From: an uncultured Methanosarcinales archaeon | GTDB taxonomy: Archaea > Nanobdellota > Nanobdellia > Woesearchaeales > JACPBV01 | Length of the DNA stretch: 64,000 nt | Direction of reading: 5' to 3' | NCBI GenBank assembly: GCA_964577685.1 | Contig: CAZNZT010000002.1 | Span: 1 to 64,000, forward strand | Shown: piece by piece, positions 11,271 through 21,109 of the stretch | How positions within the stretch are numbered: the first letter of the stretch is position 1 | Layout of the letters: every line of letters begins with the position of its first letter | The notes under the pieces: generated by a model | The model's database searches: none | What the model was told of the DNA's origin: nothing | What the model saw: only the letters and a program-made list of their open reading frames with translations | Made by a program: the position numbers and the translations under genes

Positions 11271-13714
11271 TAAAAATCAGCCTCCTCATATTTCTTAATT
11301 CCACTACCAGATGTAACGCCTCCACTAACCACCTTTCCCTTATATTCCTCTGGACTTCCTTGGTATTCAACAATTCTGTTGCAAACCTCACTTACAATCT
11401 CCCTCTCCCCCGTATAAATGGTATTATCAAATTCTATACACACTATATCATAAAAATAATCAGAATATTGAACTATTGGTGGTCCTTCCATATCAGTGAA
11501 TACTCTGCCTTTGTTTTTTTCATATTTACCACCTCCTCTGCTAAATACTCTCCCATCCTTTACTTCTATGTCTTCAGGGTAAAGTTTAACTTTTCTGTCA
11601 CCATACAAATAAACATTGAACTTTAATTTCTCATATTTGCTATTTTTGGGGTTTCTTACAGCAAATGTTATTTTGTAAATATACTTCACAGAACCATTCG
11701 GACCAACTATTGGCATTGACCTCTCACCTTCAACATGTGCTATTATATCAAATAACTCATCGCTTGTTTCCATAGTCAGAATGCCCTCTTCAGATTTTGG
11801 TATGTAACTAGAACAGATAGCACTAGCCCAGTACCTTGTTCCCAGATATGTTGTAGCAAAAATCTTATCAACAGCCTCTCTCCATCTGTTCAGTGTTTCT
11901 TTACTAAAAATAAGCTGTGACCAACCACTTAGACCTTTATAGGCAGTAAGATGAAACTCTAAATTAGAAAACCATCTTCTTGATCTAAATAGCGAATTTG
12001 TTTCAATAGCTCTTTTTCCTTCTTCTGTGTTGCTTATGTCCTTGTATTCCCCTGTATTTTTATCATACTTGTATGCCTTTTTATTCTCAACCTTAATAAC
12101 CGTTCCCTTGGAAGAAGTTAATCCTATCTCTTTATCCTTTCCCTTTACAATGTCAATCTTTATTATCCCGTCCCCCTCTTTTTCAATATAGTAGTATTCC
12201 TCACCAACTACCCTACTATCCTTATCATATCTTTGTCCAACAACCTCTCCAATATATCTGCCGTCAACCCATCTGAAATTCCCAGCACTCCATAGTCCCT
12301 TTGTTTTTCCATCTTCCTCTTCCTTTGCCACAAAACCACTGATAACTCCAATATACTCTTTAGTTTCTTCTTCCTCCTTGCTGACTTTACCATCATGGTT
12401 CTTGTCTAGGCTATAACTATAATATGTATGGGTCTTTATCCCGCTAAGCTTATTATTTTCTATTTTGTAGTCGCCATAGTATGTTATTTCTTCAACTACT
12501 CTTCCCCCATCTTTAAAGAGAATTCTGCTATTTTCCCCACCTTCAAGAATAACATCAATGTCCTTGGCAACAGCACTTCCGATTAAAGAAGCTGCCTCTC
12601 TATCAACCTCAACCTTATTTCCGTCCTTTTCAACCATAATCTTTTCAGTTTTCCCTAGTCCGCCCTCTTTGTCTATTTCCTTTGTTTTTATAAAATAAAC
12701 GCCACTTTTTTCTTTAATTTCTTCTTTTAAAAGCAATTTTTTATGTCCTTTATCTTCAACAAGACTAATGCTGCCACCTGAGTTAATGACTCCCTCAACC
12801 AATGTTGCTACCTCTTTCTTAACCTTAACTTCAACTTCATTTTCCGCATCACCAATTTTTATATATCTGCTTTCCCCCAACCCTTCTTTTCTAACCTCTC
12901 TTTCTTCTGTAAATATAATTCCATCCCCCACCTCTCTTTCGAAAACCAAAAACTTGGTTTTATCCCTTTCCACAATATCTATGCCACCCTTTCCCCCACT
13001 AATAAAGTCCTCAATCACTTTAGCAGTCTCTTCACTAACCTCAACCACCAGTCCATAATTTTCAACCATAATCTTTTCAGTTTTCCCCAATCCGCCCTCT
13101 TTGTCTATTTCCCTTGTTTTTATAACATAAACATTACTCCCTTCCCCAATCTCTTTTTTGAAACTTAATTTTTTGTTTTTATCATCTCCAACAAAACTAA
13201 TTTCACCGCCATTATCAAGAAAATCTTCAATGCTCTTGTAGGTTTTTTCGTTTATTTTAATAAGTTCATCGTCAATATTAATCTTCTTTTCTTCACCAAT
13301 GATCCTTCCTCCCCTTACCGTGTATTCTGTCATCAGCCAACTAGACTCACCTATATTCTCAGCCTTTATTATTTTCCCAGATGAAATAATTTCTCCATTC
13401 CTAGTGAAATATACCTCTCTACCGTCTATAGTTGCGCTATAAACATGATCCACAGAAGTTTCTTTACCATTTGTTCTCATAGAACCGCCATAATCAGTAA
13501 GGGCAGCCTTATATCTTTCACCTCCTACCCAGACATTAATCACCTGTGGGACTTCACCACCTCCTTCCTTAGTAGCCATTCCGCTAATCTTTATGCTGTT
13601 GCTGTTGCCTGCTAAAATGCCTGTATCATTTCTCAAGAACGCGAAACTAAACATTGCTACTATAATAAGCACTAACAAAATACCTGTGGATGTTGACGGC
13701 TTTTTCAAGTTCAT
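11270..13714 (-). CDS. Membrane-anchored surface protein with internal ~70-aa repeats
   Basis: 814 aa; N-terminal TM followed by ISGMA; IKT(R/K)EIDKEGGLGKTEKIMVE occurs twice. Confidence 0.8.
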   Translation of the reverse strand: MNLKKPSTSTGILLVLIIVAMFSFAFLRNDTGILAGNSNSIKISGMATKEGGGEVPQVINVWVGGERYKAALTDYGGSMRTNGKETSVDHVYSATIDGREVYFTRNGEIISSGKIIKAENIGESSWLMTEYTVRGGRIIGEEKKINIDDELIKINEKTYKSIEDFLDNGGEISFVGDDKNKKLSFKKEIGEGSNVYVIKTREIDKEGGLGKTEKIMVENYGLVVEVSEETAKVIEDFISGGKGGIDIVERDKTKFLVFEREVGDGIIFTEEREVRKEGLGESRYIKIGDAENEVEVKVKKEVATLVEGVINSGGSISLVEDKGHKKLLLKEEIKEKSGVYFIKTKEIDKEGGLGKTEKIMVEKDGNKVEVDREAASLIGSAVAKDIDVILEGGENSRILFKDGGRVVEEITYYGDYKIENNKLSGIKTHTYYSYSLDKNHDGKVSKEEEETKEYIGVISGFVAKEEEDGKTKGLWSAGNFRWVDGRYIGEVVGQRYDKDSRVVGEEYYYIEKEGDGIIKIDIVKGKDKEIGLTSSKGTVIKVENKKAYKYDKNTGEYKDISNTEEGKRAIETNSLFRSRRWFSNLEFHLTAYKGLSGWSQLIFSKETLNRWREAVDKIFATTYLGTRYWASAICSSYIPKSEEGILTMETSDELFDIIAHVEGERSMPIVGPNGSVKYIYKITFAVRNPKNSKYEKLKFNVYLYGDRKVKLYPEDIEVKDGRVFSRGGGKYEKNKGRVFTDMEGPPIVQYSDYFYDIVCIEFDNTIYTGEREIVSEVCNRIVEYQGSPEEYKGKVVSGGVTSGSGIKKYEEADF

Positions 13715-16700
13715 TTTTTATCTTCCTTTTTATCTTTTTCTTCACTTATCCTGTCACAATAGTCGTTCTTCCCTTGTTTGAAGCTGTCAATAATACCTGT
13801 AACATCATTTATAAGTTCACCTGCAATATTCAAAAACACTAAGACATTACACCATTTTTCTTCAAATAACCACACTTTCCCATCAACACATGTTGGCTTG
13901 CAAAGGTAACTAGCTACCAATCCTATTGCACTGAGGGGGTCAGACAGGGCATCTTTTATAAGACCAAAGTAATAATCAAACAATGCAGTCCATGGCAAAA
14001 CCGCAAATATCTCCCCTAGAATATACTTACATATCGCATAATTCTTCTGGTCTTCACAAACCTTTATTGGGACATTGTTATAAGCATTCTGTTCTAAGCA
14101 ATCAGCATACAAGCATAATATCTGCCTATACTTGTTTACTCCAGCGATTATCCCAGGTATGCAACCAACAACCAAGGCAACCAACAAGTTATCCCTTGCA
14201 TTTGCATATTGGCTATATTGCTTTCCAAAAACTTCGCTTATTTTGTGGCCCTTAAGAGGAACATTCCAATCCATAAACTTATTATAGTCACCAATCCAGG
14301 CTCCGTTTAATATGCTGTCAGATATTGTCTTAAACCAGCCATTGCCACCACCGCCCATTCCAGTGTCTGGCGTTGGAGGGCTCATTTGACAATTCACAAA
14401 TTTACAAAGCTTATCAGCCATTATATATTGCCTTTTTGCTAAGTCCTGTAATTTTGCGTCGCTGAGACATGTAGAAAACCTTATTGGACCGATAATAGGT
14501 TCAACTGGAGTTCCTATTGACGCTATCTCTGCCCCAGTTATTTCTGATGTAAACCACATATAGACAAGTTTTAGTTTATACAAACCATTCAATACAACAC
14601 AACCCATCTTTGCCCATCTTAACAAGCTCTCCAAAAAACCAACAACCTTCCAGGCAGTATAAAATGCTTCGTCCTTTGCGTCTTTAATCTTTTCTTTTAT
14701 GTTATCACCATATTCACCTAAAGGCATATTATAGAAGTATAAGTCAACCAGAACAGGCTCCCTTTCAGGCACAGCAGTTATCTTTCCACCAACCCTTGAG
14801 ATTATACTTAGGGGACATACTATACTTATCTTATCAGTAGCCATTGCTCCTTTTATTAAGTCAATAGCAAGGTATGGCTCTGTGCTTCCTCTTCCACCAT
14901 TTAATAATGCTATATTATCAATAAAGTTCAGACTATTATTATAATTATCAACACAACTTCCTAACCCAATAGACAACACCTCTTGGTCAGCAGTGTTTGG
15001 GCTTAACCTAACTGCACAATAAACCCTTGTTGAAACAAGGCTGCTCGCTTCTCTGTCTATCAGATTAGGAGAACACTCAACAGATGAACTCCAATAATTA
15101 ACTCCTGTTGCGTTATCATTCCAAAGAACCTCTATCTCCTTTTTATAATTAGCAATATTGCCAGCACTATCAATAATATAAAAATATATGTCATCAATTA
15201 TATGCCCCGGAATATCAATCTGGTTGCTTTGAAAGTTACACTCCCATAAGTCATTGTTCCTATCGCAACTTCCACTTACATTCCCCTGTATGCTAACAAA
15301 ATTGCTGAAGTCAGCGTAAGCCCCTATACCTGTTTCTTCTCTAATAGTAAGCGTTGCCATTATTACATCCCCTGTTTTTATATATCCACTAAATGCCTCA
15401 GAACCAACACCAATACCTCTAACACTTGAGTTAACCACAACTGGCACAGTGTTGTCAATCACAAAGATCTTTGTATTATTGCCTGTTATTTCATTCCCAA
15501 CCTTATCAGTTCCAGAAACACTCACACTAGCAGCCCCACCGCTTTTGTCACAACTTATATTATACCAATAACAAGTCCATAGATTTCCGCTCTTGTTGCA
15601 TGAATCTGGTTTTTTATGAAGTCCTGTCTTTATCTGGCTTAAATCAAGTTCTATGTTTTGTTTACTAATCCCAGCACCATCTTCAATAAATTCCACGATA
15701 AAGTTGTTTTTCATTCTGTTTACATAATTAGTACCATTGTACTTTCTTGAACTACTAATAGAATTAACATAAGGCCCAATATTATCATAATCAATGCTCC
15801 CTGTAAGAGTCTCTTCCACAACATTCCCTGCCATGTCCCTTGCTTCAACAATGATCCTTACATTTTTGCTTTCATTAAGCTTTATTTCAACATTATCAAT
15901 CCTACATCCATACTCATCTGCACCAACAGCCTCACAATCTACAGCCCTATTGTTGTTTGCACCAGAATCATCCACATTAAGAGAGGAAACATCTGCATAA
16001 ACTCCACTCAGACTATCGCTATTAACCCTAAACAAGATTGAACCAATAACAGGATTATTGCCCACATAATCTATTATATTCCCGCTACTGTCCCTTATCT
16101 CTAATGAATCAACATCTATCTCTGGCCCTGTTGTATCATACACAAAGCTTGTGGTTTTTCCATTGTAGTTGCCAAGTTTATCGTAGGCAACTAATGAAAC
16201 CTCAGTAATCCCGTCTTCCTCAGCTAAATCACTTGCGTTTAAAATAATGCTTCCTTCAGCTATACAGCCACTAACATCTAATTCTCTTGATACAATCTTA
16301 TTCCCACTTATAAGCTCAATTCTGTCAAGTCCAGAGCAAATATCATCTCCGGGAGCATAAGCATGGTCTTTTATTCTATATCTGATTGTTATATTCTTAT
16401 TGCTAACTGGTGAAGGTGATATGCTAAAATATTCAATCGTTGGGCCAAGACTGTCAACATAATATCTCTCCCTAACTATACTGTCTGTATTGCCGTTATC
16501 TTTGTATAGGGTAATCTCTAATTCTTTCTCACCAGAACCGATTACACTTAAACTTTTTGAACATTCATAGAAACCATCTCCTTTTTCAAAACATGAGTCA
16601 AAGCACTCGCCCAATCTATCTGGAATGCAAACCTCAGAGGGATTTATTATTTCGTAATTACTGCCTTTCTTTATCTTAGCACTAACTGTAATATTGATTG

Positions 16701-16851
16701 TACCCCCAGCCCTAGCTATTTTTCTTATCCCATCACCTCCATATATCCTTATATTGCTTAGGGTAGCAAAAACAGAGGCAGAGTATATGGGAATACCTAC
16801 AATTAGGCATATCATAAATAATGCAATTCCTTCTAGATACCTTGTTCTCAT
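13711..16851 (-). CDS. Large secreted/surface protein with Ig-like repeats and Cys-rich C-terminal region
   Basis: 1046 aa with a signal peptide; repeated D-x-x-GN and D-x-x-x-P Ig-like motifs; C-terminal region resembles part of the 1834-aa protein. Confidence 0.85.
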   Translation of the reverse strand: MRTRYLEGIALFMICLIVGIPIYSASVFATLSNIRIYGGDGIRKIARAGGTINITVSAKIKKGSNYEIINPSEVCIPDRLGECFDSCFEKGDGFYECSKSLSVIGSGEKELEITLYKDNGNTDSIVRERYYVDSLGPTIEYFSISPSPVSNKNITIRYRIKDHAYAPGDDICSGLDRIELISGNKIVSRELDVSGCIAEGSIILNASDLAEEDGITEVSLVAYDKLGNYNGKTTSFVYDTTGPEIDVDSLEIRDSSGNIIDYVGNNPVIGSILFRVNSDSLSGVYADVSSLNVDDSGANNNRAVDCEAVGADEYGCRIDNVEIKLNESKNVRIIVEARDMAGNVVEETLTGSIDYDNIGPYVNSISSSRKYNGTNYVNRMKNNFIVEFIEDGAGISKQNIELDLSQIKTGLHKKPDSCNKSGNLWTCYWYNISCDKSGGAASVSVSGTDKVGNEITGNNTKIFVIDNTVPVVVNSSVRGIGVGSEAFSGYIKTGDVIMATLTIREETGIGAYADFSNFVSIQGNVSGSCDRNNDLWECNFQSNQIDIPGHIIDDIYFYIIDSAGNIANYKKEIEVLWNDNATGVNYWSSSVECSPNLIDREASSLVSTRVYCAVRLSPNTADQEVLSIGLGSCVDNYNNSLNFIDNIALLNGGRGSTEPYLAIDLIKGAMATDKISIVCPLSIISRVGGKITAVPEREPVLVDLYFYNMPLGEYGDNIKEKIKDAKDEAFYTAWKVVGFLESLLRWAKMGCVVLNGLYKLKLVYMWFTSEITGAEIASIGTPVEPIIGPIRFSTCLSDAKLQDLAKRQYIMADKLCKFVNCQMSPPTPDTGMGGGGNGWFKTISDSILNGAWIGDYNKFMDWNVPLKGHKISEVFGKQYSQYANARDNLLVALVVGCIPGIIAGVNKYRQILCLYADCLEQNAYNNVPIKVCEDQKNYAICKYILGEIFAVLPWTALFDYYFGLIKDALSDPLSAIGLVASYLCKPTCVDGKVWLFEEKWCNVLVFLNIAGELINDVTGIIDSFKQGKNDYCDRISEEKDKKEDKK

Positions 16852-18944
16852 TTAAACCTCGGCACCAAAATTCCTCTATACATCTGTGAGTATGAGTCAA
16901 GATTTGAGAGTATTCCTAAATCCTCAATCCTCCTTTCAGATTCTTTTATTGATATAATATCTGGGTTTAAGACCAAAAATATAATTTCATCACTTTCAAG
17001 CATCTTGTTTGTGAATGTATAATTAATAAGCAATCCTCCTATTCTGAATCCTTCACCGATAGTAGAACCAGGGATAGTATATTCCTTGCTACCTGCCTTG
17101 ATTTTATGAGATGGTATCGTCCAGTTCTTATTGTAAACAAGCTCGATATTTATCTCATACTTTCCTGGTGCAATTTCTATCTCACTACTATTTTGGTTTC
17201 CCTTATAAACAGAATAAAAGCTGATTTCTTCTTCACCCTTGCTTCCAAGCCTTCTCAAAACAACCTCTGCCTCCTCATTAACGCTAAGATTTCTTTCTTC
17301 ACCAAAAACCCAGTTATCCCCTCTCTTTAACATAACCTTCTTTTTCACCCCGAACTTCTTTTTTAGAATTGGGGTTAGATATACACTCAGATTATCACTT
17401 TTATCAAGCCTTGTATCAAACCTCTTTGAATAACCAACATACCCATTTTTCACAAAGTTCACAATACCTCCATATAATACAGGAAACCTCTCAACCAAAC
17501 TTCCGTTCTTAGTAGTTCCAATAAGACAATTCTCGCTCCCACTTGTAAATATAACGCTCACATCATCAATTCCCTCCCCACTTGTCACATCTTTCACCTC
17601 TATTGTTATATTTCCACTATTTCTCTTATCAGAATCACAAAGCATACTCCTCTCAAAAAGCTTTATGGCACTTGTCCTAACAAAATTGCTTTCCATCGGC
17701 TCATTGTTTCTTATATTTCCTTCAAGAAAGAACTTAAAATGGTATCCTCTATTATCTAACGCATAGGGGTCATAAATTTCAACCTCAACCGGAAAGCTTA
17801 GATCATAAACAAAATTATAATTCTGAATGCCAAACATAGCAAACCATTTAGTGGCTAATGACTCAGGCTTGCACACATCTCCATTACAATCCAAATCAAA
17901 ATATATAGGCCAGAATGGATTATAGTTGAACCTTACCTCAAGATTGCTGTATTCCTCACTTCCAGGGACTAGCATCCCTCTATTATATAAGGACTCAAGT
18001 AGGGCATCTCCCCCAAAGCTGAATTCCCTATAATTCTTGGTCCCATATACCCTGAGCATCTTTATATACTCTGATAACATCCTTATAATTTTCTCTTTAA
18101 TCCTGCTCTTTCTCCAGCTGATCATCTTTCCTATTCTAAATCTTACATCTGACATAGGCGGTAGTTTATTGCTGTCCAGACCAGAAAAACCAACAATGAG
18201 ATTAAGAACATCTCGTTCAAGAAATTTATATTCTGCTTCAAGTTCCGTTATCATCTTGGCTAACTCATATATTTTTCTGATATTGAGGGGAATTCTAACA
18301 AGAAATCTTGATAACTCTTTTTTGCTCTCTTTTTTTGCTTCAATAATATAATCCAATACAACTAGAATATCACTTTCAGCCACAGTGACACTTGCGTCTG
18401 GTCTAGATTTCTCTTTTATTTCAAATCCTTCTTTCTTCAAAGCCTTAAACCCATCTAAACACTCTTCAAGATTTTCATTGATATATCTCTCTAATTGTTC
18501 CTCTATTGAAGCCTTTCCAACATTTTTAGAAAGAAAAAGTCTATTGTCTGGTATTATCTCAAACCTACAATTACCACTACACTTATTGTCTGATTTGAGG
18601 TACCACCAATACGCTACCTTATACTCGGAATTAGGTGAAAATATAACAGCATCAGAATTTGTTGCATCAGCTTTGGCAATAATATTATTCTCAATTAGGT
18701 CTATAAAACCACCCCTTTCTCCAATCTTCACAAGCCCTTCTATGCTAATGTCCTCTAAGCAACCCTCAATAAAATCATTAACAGGCACAAATTCCAATGG
18801 CACCTTCTCCTTAGTCTTAGTCCCTATCTTAAGTCTCTCTTTCATTACATCTCCACTAAGACCAAGATAAAGACCTACACCTACCAATATTATAATTCCA
18901 ATAATAATAAAGATTGTTACTTGGGCCTTTTTTGTTTTGTTCAT
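16848..18944 (-). CDS. Large protein with archaeal class III (pilin-like) signal peptide
   Basis: N-terminus MNKTKKA/QVTIFIIIGIIIL; shares YWWY...IExQxxRYxxENLxxCxxxF with 8529-10457. Confidence 0.8.
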   Translation of the reverse strand: MNKTKKAQVTIFIIIGIIILVGVGLYLGLSGDVMKERLKIGTKTKEKVPLEFVPVNDFIEGCLEDISIEGLVKIGERGGFIDLIENNIIAKADATNSDAVIFSPNSEYKVAYWWYLKSDNKCSGNCRFEIIPDNRLFLSKNVGKASIEEQLERYINENLEECLDGFKALKKEGFEIKEKSRPDASVTVAESDILVVLDYIIEAKKESKKELSRFLVRIPLNIRKIYELAKMITELEAEYKFLERDVLNLIVGFSGLDSNKLPPMSDVRFRIGKMISWRKSRIKEKIIRMLSEYIKMLRVYGTKNYREFSFGGDALLESLYNRGMLVPGSEEYSNLEVRFNYNPFWPIYFDLDCNGDVCKPESLATKWFAMFGIQNYNFVYDLSFPVEVEIYDPYALDNRGYHFKFFLEGNIRNNEPMESNFVRTSAIKLFERSMLCDSDKRNSGNITIEVKDVTSGEGIDDVSVIFTSGSENCLIGTTKNGSLVERFPVLYGGIVNFVKNGYVGYSKRFDTRLDKSDNLSVYLTPILKKKFGVKKKVMLKRGDNWVFGEERNLSVNEEAEVVLRRLGSKGEEEISFYSVYKGNQNSSEIEIAPGKYEINIELVYNKNWTIPSHKIKAGSKEYTIPGSTIGEGFRIGGLLINYTFTNKMLESDEIIFLVLNPDIISIKESERRIEDLGILSNLDSYSQMYRGILVPRFK

Positions 18945-19105
18945 TTTATATCCTCAAAACCTTTTTGTATCAGCCCCAAGTCATACATTTTATGCTCCAT
19001 TAATTCCCTAGCAAGCATAGACTTCTTTTTACCAAGTTTCTTAGCAACCTTAGAAAGGAGCCTATCTATTTCATCACTTACTGTAATCCTTATTTGTTTA
19101 CTCAT
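18941..19105 (-). CDS. Ribbon-helix-helix (CopG/MetJ-like) DNA-binding protein, 54 aa
   Basis: Translated by hand: MSKQIRITVSDEIDRLLSKVAKKLGKKKSMLARELMEHKMYDLGLIQKGFEDIK*. Its stop overlaps the ATG of the next gene (ATGA). Below the ORF-track cutoff. Confidence 0.8.
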   Translation of the reverse strand: MSKQIRITVSDEIDRLLSKVAKKLGKKKSMLARELMEHKMYDLGLIQKGFEDIK

Positions 19106-19344
19106 CTTCCAATTAACTTAATTAACTCTTGTTACATCTTTGTACTACTATTATTTAAACTTTTTGATTTTATTTAGCCTTTTTTTATACTTTTTTTAGC
19201 ATATTTAAAGACCTTATATACCTAATATATACTAAAATAAGACTTAATAAAGTATATATAATGACAAAATATTACAATATTTTAACACACACCCAAGAAA
19301 GGTTTTAGAATATTTTTTAAGCAGAAATCCACCCCTTAGATAAA

Positions 19345-19704
19345 ATGCCTATAAAAAAAGAACACATAACGAAAATGATAGAAATGCTTTCAAGAAACAG
19401 CACAAGAAGGCAGTTCTACATAAGCGTTCATTTTGCTGGCTCTGGTTATGTTGTATCTTATTACGGCTCTAACACAAAACCTGGTGTTGATTTTACTAAG
19501 GTTACAGTTGCAGATTGTATCTGTGCAAGGATAAGCCAAAGAGAGTTTTTAAGACAAAAAATAACAGACATGTCTCTTGTTGAATTAGTAGACACTTTAA
19601 AAGCAGCTATAACAGAATCAAAAGCCAAGGGTTATAACATTGAACTTGTTCTAGAAACAAACCTCAGAACATCATACGAGATACAAAAAGAGTTTGGGAT
19701 TTAA
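19345..19704 (+). CDS. Hypothetical protein
   Basis: 119-aa ORF downstream of an AT-rich divergent intergenic region. Confidence 0.6.
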   Translation: MPIKKEHITKMIEMLSRNSTRRQFYISVHFAGSGYVVSYYGSNTKPGVDFTKVTVADCICARISQREFLRQKITDMSLVELVDTLKAAITESKAKGYNIELVLETNLRTSYEIQKEFGI

Positions 19705-19746
19705 TTCCAAAATATTGATTTTAATTCTAAAACAAAAGATTTAAAT

Positions 19747-19774
19747 ATACACACTTATACTTATAAGTGTGTAT
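19747..19774. promoter_or_regulatory. 13-bp perfect inverted repeat, probable operator
   Basis: ATACACACTTATA-CT-TATAAGTGTGTAT lies between the TATA box (TTTAAATA, ~19740) and the ATG at 19773. Confidence 0.75.
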
Positions 19775-19940
19775 GCCAAAAACTAAAGTAACAAAGAAGA
19801 GATACAATTTTACAATAAATGAAAGGCTCTTTAATAGGTTTAGGGCTTATTGTAAGAGAAATTGTATAAATATGTCTGCTAAGATAGAATCCTACATAAA
19901 AAAAGAACTAAAAAAAGCAAGATGGTATCGCAAAATCTAA
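19773..19940 (+). CDS. Ribbon-helix-helix DNA-binding protein, 55 aa
   Basis: Translated by hand: MPKTKVTKKRYNFTINERLFNRFRAYCKRNCINMSAKIESYIKKELKKARWYRKI*; RHH strand-helix-helix pattern. Not in the ORF track. Confidence 0.75.
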   Translation: MPKTKVTKKRYNFTINERLFNRFRAYCKRNCINMSAKIESYIKKELKKARWYRKI

Positions 19941-21109
19941 TAAACTATATAAGGCAACAGCTAAGCCAAGGTTACAGTATAAAATCAATAGAACGATACC
20001 TGTTAGACTATGGCTATACTCAGGAACAGATTAATGAGGCCCTAAGATACATACCTCAGATAGAAATAAAGCATACCCTCCATTTATCAAAAACAACTAC
20101 CGCTCTTGTCATAGCAGTAATCTGTTCTGGCTTACTTATATCTGGAGCAATCCTCTTTTTACTTACGAGAGAAAAAATGCCATCAAAACTTTTAGACATA
20201 AACATACAACTAGAAAAAACACAAATTGTTAAGGGCGAAGACCTAACCTTTACTCTTATTCTGTCTAATCTTGGAAAAGCAAAGAAATATGATGTCACAT
20301 TAAGTTATGAAGTATTAAACAAAAAGAGTGAATTAATAATTACAAAAGAGGAAACATTAGCCATAGAAAATTCCAAAATTCTTGAAATAACTATGCCGAT
20401 TCCAGAGAGCACAGAGCTAGGGAGCTATTACATAAGGGTAAAGGCAATATATGATGGAAAAATAGCAAGAGCTTCAGCAAGTTTCAACATAATACCGAAG
20501 CAAGAAGAACCTAAACAATCAGAAACCAAAAAAATCTGCCCAGTGAGCTGTGATGATAATAATCCCTGTACAAACGATTATTGTAGTGAATCAACAAACT
20601 ATGAATGCAGACATAGTCCTATACAACCCTGCTGCGGCAATAACATCTGCGAAGAAGGGGAAAACTATGAAGACTGCATCCAAGATTGTCCACCACCACC
20701 GGAAAAGGAACAATCCTTTGTATCTGAAAAGCCAATCTGGGAAAAGTTAGACCTAATAGAGAACATTGCAAAGAGAGAAAAAGAAAAGGCACTTTCTTAC
20801 TGCAACCAAATAGAACAATTAGTGTTCAAATATAGGTGCTTAACAAAGGTGGCTATTGCATCAAAGGATGAGGAAGTATGTTCTGTGATAGAGGACGATT
20901 CTTACAAGGATACCTGCTATAAGGATTTTGCAACAAAAAACAAACAAAAAACAGTATGTGAAAAAATAATAAAGGACTCAAAAAGGGATCAATGTTATAT
21001 GGACTTTGTAGTTAATGAGGACTACTCTGTTTGTGATAAACTAGTAAATAAATATCTAAGACAATCTTGCAATTCATTGAAGAAGATATCATCTATACAG
21101 CCTTCCTAG
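19922..21109 (+). CDS. Single-pass membrane protein: small N-terminal helical domain, Ig/CARDB-like domain, Cys-rich repeats
   Basis: N-terminal YIxxxLxxGYxxxxIxxxLxxxGY domain, one TM, CPVSCDDNNPCTNDYC, and repeated CxxIxxxxxxDxCY units. Confidence 0.8.
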   Translation: MVSQNLINYIRQQLSQGYSIKSIERYLLDYGYTQEQINEALRYIPQIEIKHTLHLSKTTTALVIAVICSGLLISGAILFLLTREKMPSKLLDINIQLEKTQIVKGEDLTFTLILSNLGKAKKYDVTLSYEVLNKKSELIITKEETLAIENSKILEITMPIPESTELGSYYIRVKAIYDGKIARASASFNIIPKQEEPKQSETKKICPVSCDDNNPCTNDYCSESTNYECRHSPIQPCCGNNICEEGENYEDCIQDCPPPPEKEQSFVSEKPIWEKLDLIENIAKREKEKALSYCNQIEQLVFKYRCLTKVAIASKDEEVCSVIEDDSYKDTCYKDFATKNKQKTVCEKIIKDSKRDQCYMDFVVNEDYSVCDKLVNKYLRQSCNSLKKISSIQPS

